DNA of 64,000 nt from Balanoglossus misakiensis (lineage: Eukaryota > Animalia > Hemichordata). The notes beneath the pieces are model-generated. The model had not been told where the DNA came from, did not search any database, and saw nothing but the letters and a program-made list of their open reading frames with translations. Shown one piece after another: positions 44,601 through 56,285 of the stretch. Positions within the stretch are counted from its first letter, which is position 1. Each line of letters starts with the position of its first letter. Made by a program: the position numbers and the translations under genes. The stretch is taken from positions 5,750,303-5,814,302 of the forward strand of contig CM082582.2 in assembly GCA_040954595.2 (NCBI GenBank). Direction: 5' to 3'.

Positions 44601-47023
44601 ATGGCATTGACAGCGTACACGATGATCGCTCTGTCAGCAACCGACAGGCGCGTCACAGAGGCTATGTCAGAGGTTGGTTTCAGTTTTATACACAAGCTGT
44701 ATGTAAACAGATAGCTGGTTTTGTGGGTATGCAAGTGTGCATGCGTGCATGTATTACAGCATTCTTAGCTGTTCCAGCCAGCGACTTGGGTGTGCTGTGT
44801 GAACTTGGAATGATGGCGAACATGATGATGATCTTATTTTTTTTTTTTTGTACGTCACGCAGACATTGAGGAGCGATCTGAACGATGCCAAGTCGCGCGC
44901 GCGAATCTACCTGGAGAGGGGGTTCTCGTCGATCGGCGATCATCCTCACACTGTTGCCGTGGTAACGCTGGCCCTGCACCTGTCGCAGAGTACGTACAGG
45001 GATGGCGCGTTTGAGAAGCTGAACAGTCTGGCCACTATAGAGGGTGAGTGTTGTTTCAGTGACTGAACACTGGTACATTGTACTCTACTGAAAAATGCCA
45101 TTTATTGTTGTAAAATTTTTGTGAAATAAGCAAGATTTCAATCAAAATTTGCACAAATACTGCATTAACTCTTCTGGAAATCTGTTGTAATGTCTTGTCT
45201 GGGATGTGAGAAATGACATACTGTAAAACGGGTTATTTACGCGACTGGAAATTTTCGCGATATCAAAAGAGGCGACTGTTACACGAGGATTAATTTTCGC
45301 TTTCTCGTATTTCACTGCATCGTTATCTCCGAAAAACATTGTATGCGACTTTTTATCTTCACGTTTTTTTTGGCCCTCGCGTATTTTGCGAAAATTTATT
45401 GCTCTCGAAAATAACCCGTTTTACGGTAGATAATCCCCGTCTATAATATTTGATTAATCTAACGGCACCACATGTTTCAATGTTATGCAGGCAGCCTGAT
45501 GTTTTGGGACGAGAAAGACGTGGATGTCACTAGGTGGTCCAAGTCTGCTGCAATCGAGATCACCGGCTACGCGTTATTGACGTACAATCTACGGCAGGAT
45601 TTGACTGGTGCCACGGCGATCACGCGGTGGCTGACCAGTCAGAGCAACCAGTTTGGTGGTTTCACCTCGACTCAGGTGAGATTGGCTGTTTTTGATGTTT
45701 GCAGGGACTGTGTCTCTTTGCTGTTGGATCCTCCAGAATTGTTCCGTGTGAGAATGCAATGGCAGCACTCTCTTGTTCAGCTTTTCTGTCGGAGATCTTG
45801 CCTCGAACTGGCCCACATTGACGCCTAATCAAAAATCCATATCACCTCTGTTGTACATCATCAACCAGAACTACTGTAAAACGGGTTATTTTGGCGACAG
45901 GAAATTTTCGGGATATCGAAAGAGACAACTGTTACGCGAGGATTAATTTTAGTGTTCTCGTATTTCACTAACTGCATCGTTTTCATTACGCAACTTTTTA
46001 TTTTCACGTTGTTTTGGCTCTCGCGTACTTCATGAAAAATTTATTGCTCGCGAAAATAACCCGTTTTACAGTAGTTCCGCCAATCACCAGTTGTCGTACA
46101 ACTAGACTAAAAAGTACATGAACCGGCATGTACAGAACAGAATGAAATGAAACATTGATGGTTCCATGACAATATCTCATGGTCTTCGCGGAGCAGTGCA
46201 ACTCCTTGCCTGTGGCTCGAAGTTGCACAGCTACGTGAAAGACCACTCGTATACGATGACGTCAAACAAAGAAAGATATGTCATAGGATTATACGTAGAT
46301 CCGCTTGACTTTGACAGGATACGGTCATTGGGCTGGAAGCACTGTGTGGTTATGCCGGCGTGGGCAGTGAAGATGGCCGGGACTTCACGGCCACAATCAC
46401 AACAACAGAGATGCCGTCGTATCAGCACCAACTGCGAGTCAACAACGACAATAGTTTGGTACTGCAGCAAGTTGAGGTGAGGAGAAGCAATTGTTCGTTC
46501 CAGAGGCCCTCTAGAGGTGACCTATACAGGGACAGAGGGGCCTTGGAGTTGAAATTTTTGTGAAAATTTCGTGACCTTTCTAGTGTGATATTTATTTCGT
46601 GTGTTGTGCATGAATGCTAGATGTGACCATTTCGCGATGATTCACGTTCTTGTATTTCACTAACTGCATTCACAATTCGTGACTATATATTTTCTTGTTT
46701 TTCTAGCTTGTGTGATGTTCGCGAAAATTTTTCCATTTTACAGCATATCAAGAAAGACATTTTTTTCAGAAAGTTTCGAGGTAGAACTGGGTGGCTTATT
46801 TTTCACCGTGTCCACTTTTTGATTTCTGCAGCTGCCTGTTACATCAGGAATTGTTAAGGTGGATTTGGCCGGCAGAGGAACAGGACTTCTGCAGCTGACA
46901 GTCAGTTATCACACCACGGACGATCCGAGCGAGCAGTCGTTCAACCTGGTCATCGTCACCAATGATATCAGCAACAATCAAATATCCATTGCAGCCTGTA
47001 CAAGGTATGTATGTATGTATGTA

Positions 47024-47078
<55 letters not shown>

Positions 47079-48385
47079 ATGTATGTATGTATGTATGTAT
47101 GTATGTATGTATGTATGTACGTACGTACGTATGTACGTATGTATCTGTTGACTGGCAGCAGAAAACTGTATGTGTGAGTAGTTGTGAATTCTCAAAGTCC
47201 GGGAGTTTTGCACTCGAGAAAGCGCCAATGTCCAGCCATAAAAACTGCACAGAAATTTCCCTGTGGCTGGTGAATTCACCTGCAGTGCATTTCTTCCAAA
47301 ACATCAAACTATTATTCAGAGAACTGTGTGTACTCGCAGATTCTTGCGAATGGTGATATGGATAGAACAGCCTCTGTAGTGTACTATACAAAACAAGGAT
47401 GGCAATGAAGAACAGCCGAAAACATCAAAAACCATAAAAATAAAAGATCCACCCGCCTGATCTGACTGATTTTCGTTGCATAGGTACCTTCTCGGGGAGA
47501 ACACCGGCATGGCTGTCATGGAAGTGGGGTTACCATCTGGTTTCTATGCCGACCAGGACTCGCTGCAGGAGCTGATTGGTGCCACTGAGACTCTGAAACG
47601 TACTGAAGTGGAGAATAGCAAAGCTGTGTTGTATTTTGATGAGGTGAGACGATGAAGAATATATACACACTGCTTGTTGACTATGTTATTAAAGCTCCAT
47701 TAGCTGTAACTTTTCACAATGTTTTGAAGTATTTTTGTATATTTTACACTTTCTTTTCAACTATAGTATAGTGTAATATGTGACCATAGATTAACTGCCC
47801 TGAGCATGAAACATTTTACTGACATCCATTTCAACTCCAGCTTTCATTGTTCAAAACGATCCTGCATTATCACACAGGTCAAAAGTCACTACCCACAGTC
47901 CAAAGCAAAATGTTACTTTTATAATGGGTTTGTCACACTTGGATACTTTGCTTTTTTCCCCAGATTGGGGCGGAGAACACCTGTGTCACCTTCCAAGCAC
48001 GGCGATCAGCACCAGTCGCTAAGACCCAGGCAGCCACGGTGGCAGTTTACGATTACTATAAACCAGGTGAGCGTTCGACTATCATGCAAATTTTATGCAA
48101 AGAACAGTGAACCTCCATATGAGCTGAAGACTCATGCAGATGATTGACTTTTTTGACAGCGTCATTGACTATATTTTTTTGTTCCTGCTCGCAGAACTTC
48201 AGCAGACTGTGACTTACACGTCCGAGAAACAGGTCAACACCGAGATCTGCGAGGTGTGTGAAGACTGCCAGGGCTGTGAAAATGCCAAATTCTCCAGCAA
48301 TGAACCCAGGCTGTGCGGAACGCTCATGTTTACCCTACTCGTTTCGACCGCATCTATTCTGATCGTGGTCAGGCATCTCTTCTGA
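24543..48385 (+). CDS. CD109: CD109-like thioester-containing protein (alpha-2-macroglobulin/TEP family), about 1497 aa, predicted GPI-anchored
   Basis: Signal peptide MGTNIGTVYLSLILTVVCLVCPSQG. Family motifs IQTDKAIYKPGQTV, EYVLPKFEV, AVDQSVLLL, furin-type RKKR, RKYFPETWLW, PDTITSW, PFFVSLNLPYSIVRGE, thioester GCGEQ (42923-42937), DGSFSAFG..STWLTAFV, GGFTSTQDTVIGLEAL, GMAVMEVGLPSGF, VYDYYKP. It ends in the Cys cluster CEVCEDCQGC and a hydrophobic C-terminus. 31 coding exons: 24543-24622, 30080-30260, 30414-30570, 30867-30937, 31040-31174, 31556-31595, 31871-31955, 32235-32349, 34876-35106, 35690-35869, 36042-36215, 36782-36973, 37399-37548, 37918-38100, 38635-38695, 39224-39416, 39682-39799, 40040-40153, 40689-40775, 41188-41331, 41674-41815, 42867-43043, 43981-44222, 44583-44672, 44863-45043, 45491-45675, 46318-46476, 46832-47004, 47484-47643, 47964-48066, 48195-48385. 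These total 4494 nt (a multiple of 3). Confidence 0.92.
27250..27343. repeat. Short foldback palindrome
   Basis: 29-bp perfect arms caatctgattaaaatcagatgtagggaac / gttccctacatctgattttaatcagattg, directly abutting the SINE head. Confidence 0.85.
27344..27660 (+). mobile_element. tRNA-derived SINE, degraded
   Basis: A-box-like GAGTGGTTAGAGC and B-box-like GGGTTCTAGCCC, then a conserved-core-like GTGTCCTTGAGCA...CACCCAGGAGTAATGAGTACC, an L2-like tail AAAGAGCATTGAG...GTGCTCTGTAAG and an (ATT)n end. Confidence 0.7.
29719..30050 (+). mobile_element. 5' fragment of the same HINE/DINE-1-like family as 32663-34526
   Basis: TTTTTAGGTCCCAT...ATACCATGGGACCTTATGG...(GTAT/GGAT)n GTCCGTCCACATCAAAAACTTG, closely matching the start of the full copy. 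Confidence 0.8.
31190..31385. repeat. Compound tetranucleotide microsatellite (AAAT/AAAC/AGAC/AATG)
   Basis: Directly visible. It generates the spurious FIHS/FIYL ORF. Confidence 0.95.
32397..32585 (+). mobile_element. Penelope-like element pseudo-LTR remnant with inverted 5' duplicate and 13-bp target-site duplication
   Basis: Direct repeat AGCTGGTGATACG at 32384-32396 and 32586-32598. Inverted arms at about 32397-32452 / 32494-32550. The 3' end ...AACACGGCAATACTCCT resembles Penelope/Poseidon pLTR ends. It contains a hammerhead core. Confidence 0.75.
32465..32505 (+). ncRNA. Minimal type I hammerhead ribozyme (Penelope-type)
   Basis: GCAU-CUGAUGA-[AGGGGAC UACAU GUUCCU stem II]-GAA-AGCU-C/GUGC. 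Both conserved core strands are intact, stem I is GCAU:GUGC and stem III is the palindromic AGCU. Predicted cleavage is after C32501. Confidence 0.72.
32663..34526 (+). mobile_element. Non-autonomous Helentron derivative (HINE/DINE-1-like) with internal tandem array
   Basis: Inserted between T runs. 5' sub-terminal GGTCCCATT (32669) with a nearby inverted copy (32696), a (GGAT/GTAT)n microsatellite, the central tandem array, a 3' inverted AATGGGACC (34500) and a terminal hairpin AGTGTC-CTT-GACGCT (34511-34525). Confidence 0.75.
33222..34374. repeat. 239-bp tandem repeat, about 4.8 copies
   Basis: The unit start caaaatt(t/g)gggg(g)tcacctgtgacacc recurs at about 33222, 33462, 33701, 33940 and 34179. 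Inner copies are nearly identical. Confidence 0.95.
36536..36721. mobile_element. Tc1/pogo-type MITE
   Basis: Perfect inverted termini TACCGTTAAAGTCATTTTATAAG / CTTATAAAATGACTTTAACGGTA including the TA duplication. Confidence 0.85.
41434..41610. repeat. Dispersed repeat; second copy at about 48678-48839 in the probable CD109 3' UTR
   Basis: agacctgagc..gtgtaaggattaacacc...aaactttgtgtgtgtggacacaag...tcaaaggattaatgctctgtgtttaccat...aaattttaccctgtgtgaacctggta is present twice. Confidence 0.85.
42406..42816. mobile_element. Nested TA-flanked MITEs (outer 42406-42816, inner 42570-42784)
   Basis: Outer TACTGTAAAACA...TGTTTTACAGTA. Inner CTGTAAAATGGGTTAT...ATAACCCTTTTTACAGTA, which belongs to the 45219/45872 family. 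Confidence 0.75.
43122..43481. mobile_element. Long-palindrome MITE with TTAA duplication (Kolobok-like); fragments at about 31640-31820, 35930-35972 and 37340-37370
   Basis: TTAA|AGGGACAAAGTCTCTCTCTCTCGCTGCC...GGCAGCGAGAGAGAGAGACTTTGTCCCT|TTAA, with about 130-bp imperfect arms. Confidence 0.85.
45219..46073. mobile_element. Two copies (45219-45428, 45872-46073) of a roughly 200-bp TA-flanked MITE; further copies at 24158-24320 (truncated), 28495-28611, 42570-42784 and about 46620-46743
   Basis: TIRs TACTGTAAAACGGGTTATTT / AAATAACCCGTTTTACAGTA and a shared interior (aactgttacgcgaggattaatttt...). The span listed also includes CD109 exon 26. Confidence 0.85.
47005..47145. repeat. (GTAT)n/(GT)n microsatellite starting at the exon 28 donor site of CD109
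   Basis: Directly visible. It generates the spurious MYVC/HTYI ORFs. Confidence 0.95.
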
Positions 48386-51054
48386 GCAGGGCTACACTTG
48401 ATTCGTGCGGAGTGCTCGCTGCGATCAGCAGACCCGGTTTTGAAATGTTTTTGCCGGTGTTCCTACAATGGCAGGCAAATTCATAAACTGGGAAAGGACC
48501 AAAGGCATTGGTGACAAGACCTTTAGAAATTTATTTTCATTGCTGTACTTGTGCGTATGTTTAATACAAACTAGACATTTCATTCAATGTTCCTGTATGT
48601 TAATTTTACATTTTGCATCTCATTTGATATTACACTGTTGTTATAACTGCAGACACAAACAATTCACTTTGCCGGCCAGACCTGAGCCAGTGTAAGGATT
48701 AACACCCATTGTCTGGGGCCGAGCCTCAGCGCTCATACACAAACTTTGTGTGTGTGGACACAAGCAACTCAAAGGATTAATGCTCTGTGTTTACCATGGA
48801 CAAATAGTGTCTCAAATTTTACCCTGTGTGAACCTGGTATGAAACATGATTTTAAGAGGCCTTTCATTCTGCTTTTATCCATCGCTTTATCCATTGCTTG
48901 TGTGATTGGTGATATATTTTGTTATATGTATAACTTTTCTGTGTAATGACAATTTTAACAGTGGGTCTAGTCGTCTGCAAACGTATCAGCTGGAAAGGGT
49001 TGGCGTGGAAACAGTGTTCAAGTTAACAACAGTTCGGATTATTCGCAAATGTTTTAAACTATGTGTAATCACTTTTGCACTCATCACATTAAACTCATCT
49101 GCTTGCTGTAGCGAGGAAGAAATATCCTTTGAAAACAAACACTGATTTCATGATACATTCCTCATTGCATGCGTGGGATTTGCCAAGTAAGCAATTTTCC
49201 TTCTTGCCATTTTATAGAACGCAGAAATTTCCTCAAAGGAATTTTATGGTACGATATATACATTTTTACATAAGAATATATCTATTTTTCAAAACACGTA
49301 TTTACAGTTTGTGTCTCAACGACATTTACTTATTTAGGGAATTGTGGTTATTTCTGGGTAATGGACGATTACAGTTGGCCAAGATTGTGATGGAGCAGTG
49401 TGTTGATTAGTGATATTAGTACTCATTTACAGCATGTTGTCCAGTAGATACAATTTATCAAAAATAAATCCCCTATCACCTAGAATCAAGCAGTTTCATT
49501 TGCAATTTTGTCATCGTTTCATGTTTTCATTGAGAAACACAAAACATGCAACAAGAAATGGGGAATTTTACAAGTCTCGCAAAAGTGAAATAAATAAGCG
49601 TAGTAATCTCGGAGATTAATGAACATGATAATATGATTATCACCAATGTAAAAGGCTAATCTATTGTTATTTTAAAATCTCGGCACCCAATCAGAGATAT
49701 TGGCTAATAAATAATGTTCAAAAGCAATATGGAGAGGCGAGGGGGTGTGGCCAGTACACAACTGCAAACAAATTATGAAATCTTTGCATAATTACGTTGA
49801 AATGGAATGGGCGTATCATATGTACGTAGCCATTTCCATGGGTAAAGTTTTTATCAATGAAACAAACTTCACTGAACGTTCACACATAGGTATTGTGTAT
49901 TTTAATCATGTAGGTTTTATGACAATTACAACATGTATATGTATACCAGTATATTCTGACAAGGGTGGATTTGTAAATGTTCACTACAATGGGGTAATGT
50001 ATATACGTTATGTAATGTATAGTTGTGTAATAAAATCAAAATGGTAGTTACCAAAGGTGTTGGCCTTTTAATGTTTTTTTTTCTAAACTGTTGATTTTGG
50101 TGAAGACATGCAGCTCTTTTCCAGACTTCTTTACCCATGAATTATTTGAGTAAAAGCTGTCTAAACTGGACACCAAAGGGACTGAAGAAATTGTTCGGTT
50201 TGCAGGTGTGCGGTTTATAGATATTCTTTCAACATGGTTCTATGTCAAATGGATATGATGAATTGTTTGGTATGGACAGGTATACAGATTAGACAGGGCT
50301 CGGTTTTAGTCAGGTTTACTGTCGTACCAGGAATTAGTGTATAACTTAGAGAATTTGAGACCTGGACCGGTGAATAATACGATTCTCAGTGGTGTGACAG
50401 ATTTTGGTGCGATACGAGCAAAGTCAGAAACGTACTCTACGCCAAATGTACTCCACATGCAACGTGGTGAATGTTTCAAAATTACCACTGAGGGCGCTGC
50501 TTAACCCATTCCTCAATAAATTGGGCTCGTATGCACGAATATTTGAGTCAAAAGACACTTTCAAACGCACATGAAAAGGCTGTGGTCAGTGTTCCAGAAT
50601 CAAGAAGGATTCGAGAAATGTAGACTTAGAGAAATATACGGCAAACCAGAAAGGCCCGTCTGAAGATTAGACGTTTACCACCACCATGCCTGTGATTTTG
50701 CGCCATAGATTCTACTGCGCATGCGCGTATCAATGATGAGTCCAATACGCAAATCAACGCAACACGTGGTTGAGCATGATTGCAATCAGTTGATTTGCCG
50801 GGGATGTTTCTGGTTAAAAACAACACGTGAATGACCACACAACAAGAACATATACGATAAAAATTGCACTTTATTTTTTAAAAAGTGAGTTGAAATGTAA
50901 AATAGGCAACTTATTTCGCCGTGTATACAAAAAGCCAACTGCTCTTCTTATGAATATTCAAGAGAATTACAAAGTGTTCGTTCGTCTTAATAAACAATGT
51001 GAGAACTCATTACAGTCGATGTGGACTTCTGTGGCAAAAAGTTCGGCGTTAGTT

Positions 51055-53861
51055 TTACATATCGCTGACGTCAATCTTTGGTCTCAGGATGGATATACTG
51101 CACTCGTATTTGGACTCCCTGCTGATCTTCTCCATTTCCATCTTGGTCTGTTCGGCGATCTCTTCCTGCGTCCAGGGACGGTACACCTTGGGCCACATGT
51201 CTGGAGTGAACAGCTGCTCGTAGAATCCGTCTTTACCGATGCCAGTCTGGAAAAGAAGACACGCGCAGAGTTAGTCACTTGTCAGGGTCATCGATCGCCA
51301 ATTTCTGTGACGAAAATCTGCCGAACATTTCTGGATTTTTGATGAAACCACGTAAAATAGCGGGAACTTACATGTCGATGGAACAGATTCTTGACTTTGT
51401 TGACGTATCTGTCCGGGTTTGTGTCTCCATCGAAGTTCCTGGTGTCCGCACGCACCACCAGAGACCCGCCAATGTAAAGTTCCTCTGCCATCTCGCCGTT
51501 CTTGTAGACTCTGAACACGGCTTGTGGGAACGGTGAGCATTTGCTGCTGCTGACGTTCACGTCGCCAGGAGTGAAGAATTCTGGAGCACTCAGTTTAGGA
51601 TACCTGGAAAAATCAAATCAGGTTGTTTAGTTTCACCCATGGAGTAACATTTGTACGGAATTGGTGTATTTTTTTCGTCCCAAGAAGTTTGACTGGTACA
51701 TGTATACATTCTGGTTTATAATTATGAACATTTAACTTACTTGCTAATGGTATCTTCAATGGTGACTACGACCGCCAGTTTTGCATCCATGAACCAGTCT
51801 TGTTTCTTCACCCAGGCTTGTGGAAGTTCCCGGATGTAGTCAACCCGCCCGGCTGTGGGTTTGTCTGCCTTGGCGTCTTCCTCCGGTTGGATGAGCATGA
51901 CGTCACACATAAAGCCCTGGCCCATTTGGTAGAGGGACGAGACAACGCTGACCCGTTCTGCAAAAAATACAAGAAATAACTTGCTGGTTATATATATTGC
52001 ATTTCATCTTAAATAGCGATTCGACACGTCAGTAGCCAAAACAAAATCCTTATACATGTATCGTTCATTAAAAAAAATGGGAACACTTACTGATGACCGA
52101 GCTGCAGATCTCTTCCTGGTCGATAGGACTGAAGACTTCTCTGTTCAATTCGTGGCCATTGTAGGTGTTGCGCAGCATATTTGTGAGAGTGCGCACATTG
52201 TAGCGGAAACCGTGGATGAATCCTGAAGCTGCTCGTCTGTCACGTGCCTGCATGGCTGTTCCAATCAGATACATATCGGGGACGGTTGATTGCCAGTGTT
52301 CATCCAGGATTGGGTATTTGCCTTCCGTGTGTGTTTCTAGAACAAAAATGAACGATTGTCAGTTTCTTGTTTCTGTATCGATAACGTTTTCCATATAGAA
52401 CATATATAGACTGTCGCGCTTTTTCAATCGACCAAAAATGTTACTTCTTTCTGAAAATAAGATCTTACCTGGTTTACAGGAGTCGTCAAACATTTCAATG
52501 TTGATGAATTTCCATCCAGTGCAGGTGATGATCTTGTCGTATCCGCTGGTGACGAAGCGACCGGTGCCTGGTGGATCCCAGTTTGGCAGATGCATGTCGT
52601 ACTCGATGCTGAATTTGCCGTCTTCTGTCTTCCACACTCTGGTGGCCTCGCATTTACGCAAGGCGTGGAGAGACTTCAGATGGTACATGTCGAGGACGTT
52701 GTTGTTGACGGCTCTCAGATGACCCACGAAGTGAGTGTCCCAGGCGAATTTGACGGGGTGCCTGTTGAACATGTGAATCAGACCAGCAGATCCGGCGAGA
52801 TGATCGGCGACCTGGGAAAGAATGGACAAAACATAAAAACACGTAAGTCTTTCGTTCGTGAACACTTCGAATACTAGTATGGAGTTGACAATAAAAACAA
52901 AAGTCACTAGCGAAAAGTATCGCTGGTGGCGTTCTGGTGTACTCACCTCAAAGGCACTGTTGCCACCTCCGAGAATGCAAACTTTCTTATTCTTGTACTC
53001 TTCCAAGTCTAGCGAGTGATCTTGGTACGTGTCGATGAGTTCAACGCCGGGGATCTGCGGGTGATGCGGCACGATCGGCCCGGTACCAATCATCAAAACT
53101 CGACTCGTGAACTTGTTGCCCTTGTCGTCGGTCAAGGTGAACCTCGATCTGGATTTGTGGTCGTCGCTCTTCCCGTCTCGGTGCACATTGGTGATGTTGG
53201 TGTTGTAGCGGATGTTGGTTTTGTATTTCTTGCAGAAATCCTCAAAGTACCTGTAAGAATGACGTGACAAGATATGAGTTTTAATTTTGAACGATTCTGT
53301 GGGTGATTAAGACCTCAAGCCAACATTTGCGACGTGTTTCACTGGACTGAATAAACGTGAAATGTGATTTGTGAACAACATTATCAATAACGGTATTTCA
53401 GCTGAGGTCATTTTTACTCACTTGACTAAGAAATCAGCGTCAGGGAAGAGTTCATCTGTATAGTCAGTGAACAGCAGCGGATCCTCTTCGTCGCATAGCA
53501 ACGAGTTCCAGTCGTGACGCATGTTGAATTCGGGTTCAGGAAACACGTTGTATTTCTTGTTGATGGAGATGAGTTTGCGGTGACGAGGGTACTTTCGGGT
53601 GAAGGAGCCAGGTCCGTCGGCTCTCTCCACGACCAGATAGTCCATCTTGTATTTCTCCATGTAGTAGGCCATCTGTATCCCAGCAGGGCCAGCGCCAACG
53701 ACAATGTATTCATAGTCTGTAGAGAATTCAAGCCAGCAGACATTAGGAAATTTGCAACGTGTGCGAATCAAATTTAGGTTCAATTTTGAGAAATATTGGG
53801 AATTGTACATTTCGTCATGAGGTACGGTCTGAATGAAACACTTACCGGTCTTTTCAGCCAT
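51055..53861 (-). CDS. FOXRED2/ERFAD-like FAD/NAD(P)H-dependent oxidoreductase, paralogue A (614 aa, no signal peptide)
   Basis: FAD motif [10 protein letters not shown], family motifs [26 protein letters not shown](P)H motif [30 protein letters not shown] and SGFIHGFRY. Coding exons 53846-53861, 53422-53716, 52947-53250, 52469-52811, 52091-52336, 51741-51957, 51372-51603, 51055-51246 total 1845 nt. Minus-strand AATAAA at 50870-50875. Confidence 0.9.
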
Positions 53862-54051
53862 TTCGGGAGATGTTTATACTGGAAAACCTAGGAAATGAAA
53901 CGGAATGCAAACGATTTAGTTCAGTGCTAGCTCGGGTTAGAAAAAAGCGCGGAATTTCAACGAGTACAAATCTCGCACACCAAAGAGCGTTAGTTGCTTC
54001 ATGCACATAGGCCACAAGCAAACGACAGGCTGAGATATGGGGAATACTTAC

Positions 54052-54215
54052 CAACGTTACAAAAGTACTTCGGTAACGAAAGATTCAGCGACGCAGAAAT
54101 GGGAGTTCCTCTGACGTGCACGAAGTCAGCGTCTCAAGAGATATGAGTGAACATAGAAAAATTGTCGCTCTTTATATAGAGGTTAGAGCTTGTCCGAACC
54201 CGATTGGGCGGAGTT
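54052..54215 (-). promoter_or_regulatory. TATA promoter and probable non-coding first exon of paralogue A
   Basis: TATATAAA on the minus strand at 54171-54178, with a CCAAT/GC box at about 54203-54211. A GTAAGT donor at 54051 can splice to the acceptor at 53879-53880 just upstream of the ATG. Confidence 0.55.
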
Positions 54216-54885
54216 CACACCTTCGTGGTTTCATAAGTTACAAATCCGTTGATAGGCGGAGCTGCATAGAGAATGTTTATTTGACTCCTGTACAACCAAT
54301 CAGCATAGAGAGTAGAAGAAGTTTTGTCAACACCATTCAGAGAAGTGTGGCAGCGAGACCCTGGGCGGATTAGCAGAGGCGTCAAGTGACGTATGTGTTG
54401 TGCCTCAACTTTGACATTTAAAAAAATTGTCTGCGGTGGTCTTCTGAAAGAAAGTCAACGGAACTATAGACTGTAAATGAAAATTTTGAAAGAAAAATTG
54501 GATCTTTTGCTTCGCAAACAATTATTTCTCTTTTTTTTACTCCATTCTTCAATGTTCTAAAGTTTGTGTAGCGCTGAAAAATACCCAACGTGATTCGACT
54601 TATAAATACTGCACATGCTATAACCATGGAGCTACCATGCTACAACTGTACTTATATCGGACTGTTTGGGCCTTATTAATTATAAATAAAATGTTGAGGT
54701 CTGGCATAATATATAACTATTGGTTGTATTATAATCCCACGGGATATCCCGGAGCTGCATAGAATTGTCCAAAGTCTATGAAGAATATGTCGGAATAAAA
54801 AAACACATTGAGAAATATTTGCTAATATAGACCGAAAGCGTGTTCAGAGTGTCTGATCTCGTTGGTGGTGTGATGACGATAATAA

Positions 54886-56066
54886 GGGACCGTTCAGTTT
54901 TTACGGCAGGGGGGGGCCGGCAAGTTTGTGTCATCGGTTTTCAAAATCAGGCCGACCCCCCCTTCACCCAGCCCAAAAAAATGATGACCCCCCCCCCTTT
55001 GACAGACCCAAAAATATGATGACCCCCCCCCCCACACCGAAAACATTCGCCGTCCTGATCCTATGTATACACTGTATGCAATAAAGGGAATGGGGCTCCT
55101 CACCCCTCAATTATAAATTTCTTAAAGTAATTGAATTATTTAATAATATCGTTGCAATAAAGAAATCTATGAACAAAATAAAATGACAAGTCAATACAAT
55201 AGTTGCTAGAATTGGTAAAACAAGAAAAGTGGCGGGGGTGGGCGTGGGAGGGGGTGTCCCCCTCCCACATAAGAAAATTTTGTAAAATACTGTGCTCAAA
55301 GTTGCATTTTAATGAACTCAAAAGCAAATAAAGTCAATGTTAGGCAGGACGAATTTTGATTTTGCCACTCCACTCAAAGTAAGCATAGGGGTGGGGTGGG
55401 AATAAGTCTGCCCTGGTACACTAGACAAACCAGCGGATAAATGATATGTTGCATAGAATGTAGGGGGTGGGTGTGGGACACCCCCTCCCACATAAGAAAA
55501 TTTTGTAAAATATGTAGCTCAAAGTTGCATTTTTATGAACTCAAAAGCAAATTCATCTCAATGTTTGGGAGGACCAATTTTATTTTTTTGCCATTCCACT
55601 CAAAGTTAGAAGGTTTGGCGTCATCTTCGTCATGACATCATTTATAAAACTTCCAGCATATAGAAGATGCAGCACGAAACTATCAGTTATGCAAAATGGT
55701 TTAAACGTTTATTCTCCTTTATGTATTAACTTTGTTAAATATTATCATCAGTGGGTTTGGGGTGGCAAGCACTCTGCCCTGGTAGAATAGTGAAACCAGC
55801 AAAAATCGATATGTTGCAAAGAATGTAGGGGGTGGGTGTGGGAGGGGGTGTCCCCACTCCCACGTTAGAAAATTTTGTAAAATAAAGGGCGCGAAACTGC
55901 AATTTTGTGGACTCAAAAGCAAAAGTTTGGTGGCAAAAGTATGTGACCCCCCCCTAAACGTTTAAAAAAAAACAGATGACCCCCCCCTTTTTGGACTTCA
56001 AAATTCGAGTGACCCCCCCCTGGATTTTGCCGGCCCCCCCCCCGGCCGTAAAAACTGAACGGTCCC
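54886..56066. mobile_element. Non-autonomous PIF/Harbinger-type DNA transposon (about 1.18 kb) between the two FOXRED2-like promoters
   Basis: TAA|GGGACCGTTCAGTTTTTACGGC...GCCGTAAAAACTGAACGGTCCC|TAA, i.e. perfect 22-bp TIRs and a 3-bp TAA duplication. It has three internal diverged repeats (about 55230, 55460, 55825) and no transposase ORF. Confidence 0.88.
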
Positions 56067-56285
56067 TAAGCCCGCCCCATGGTCCAGCCAAAGCAAACCT
56101 TTGAACCGCAGCAATTATCGATGAACTTCTTATCAGGGAGGAGAGGGGGGATATTTACTAAAGTTTCAAATTTTAAAGATCGCGTAGCGTTGCATGTTTC
56201 TTATGTTGCTAAATTTATTTATACGTTTCGTCTCTGGATATACATGTATAATTTTTTCCTCATAGTTGTAGAATAGAGATTTCTG

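Noticed and set aside
46859-47391. MYVC/HTYI repeat ORFs (similar ones at 31190-31477 and 32591-32966)
   Set aside because: These are translations of microsatellites. Only 46832-47004 is a real exon.
24543-48385. Complement C3 or secreted alpha-2-macroglobulin as the identity of the TEP
   Set aside because: No anaphylatoxin Cys pattern and no C345C domain. The C-terminal Cys cluster plus hydrophobic tail fits CD109/iTEP.
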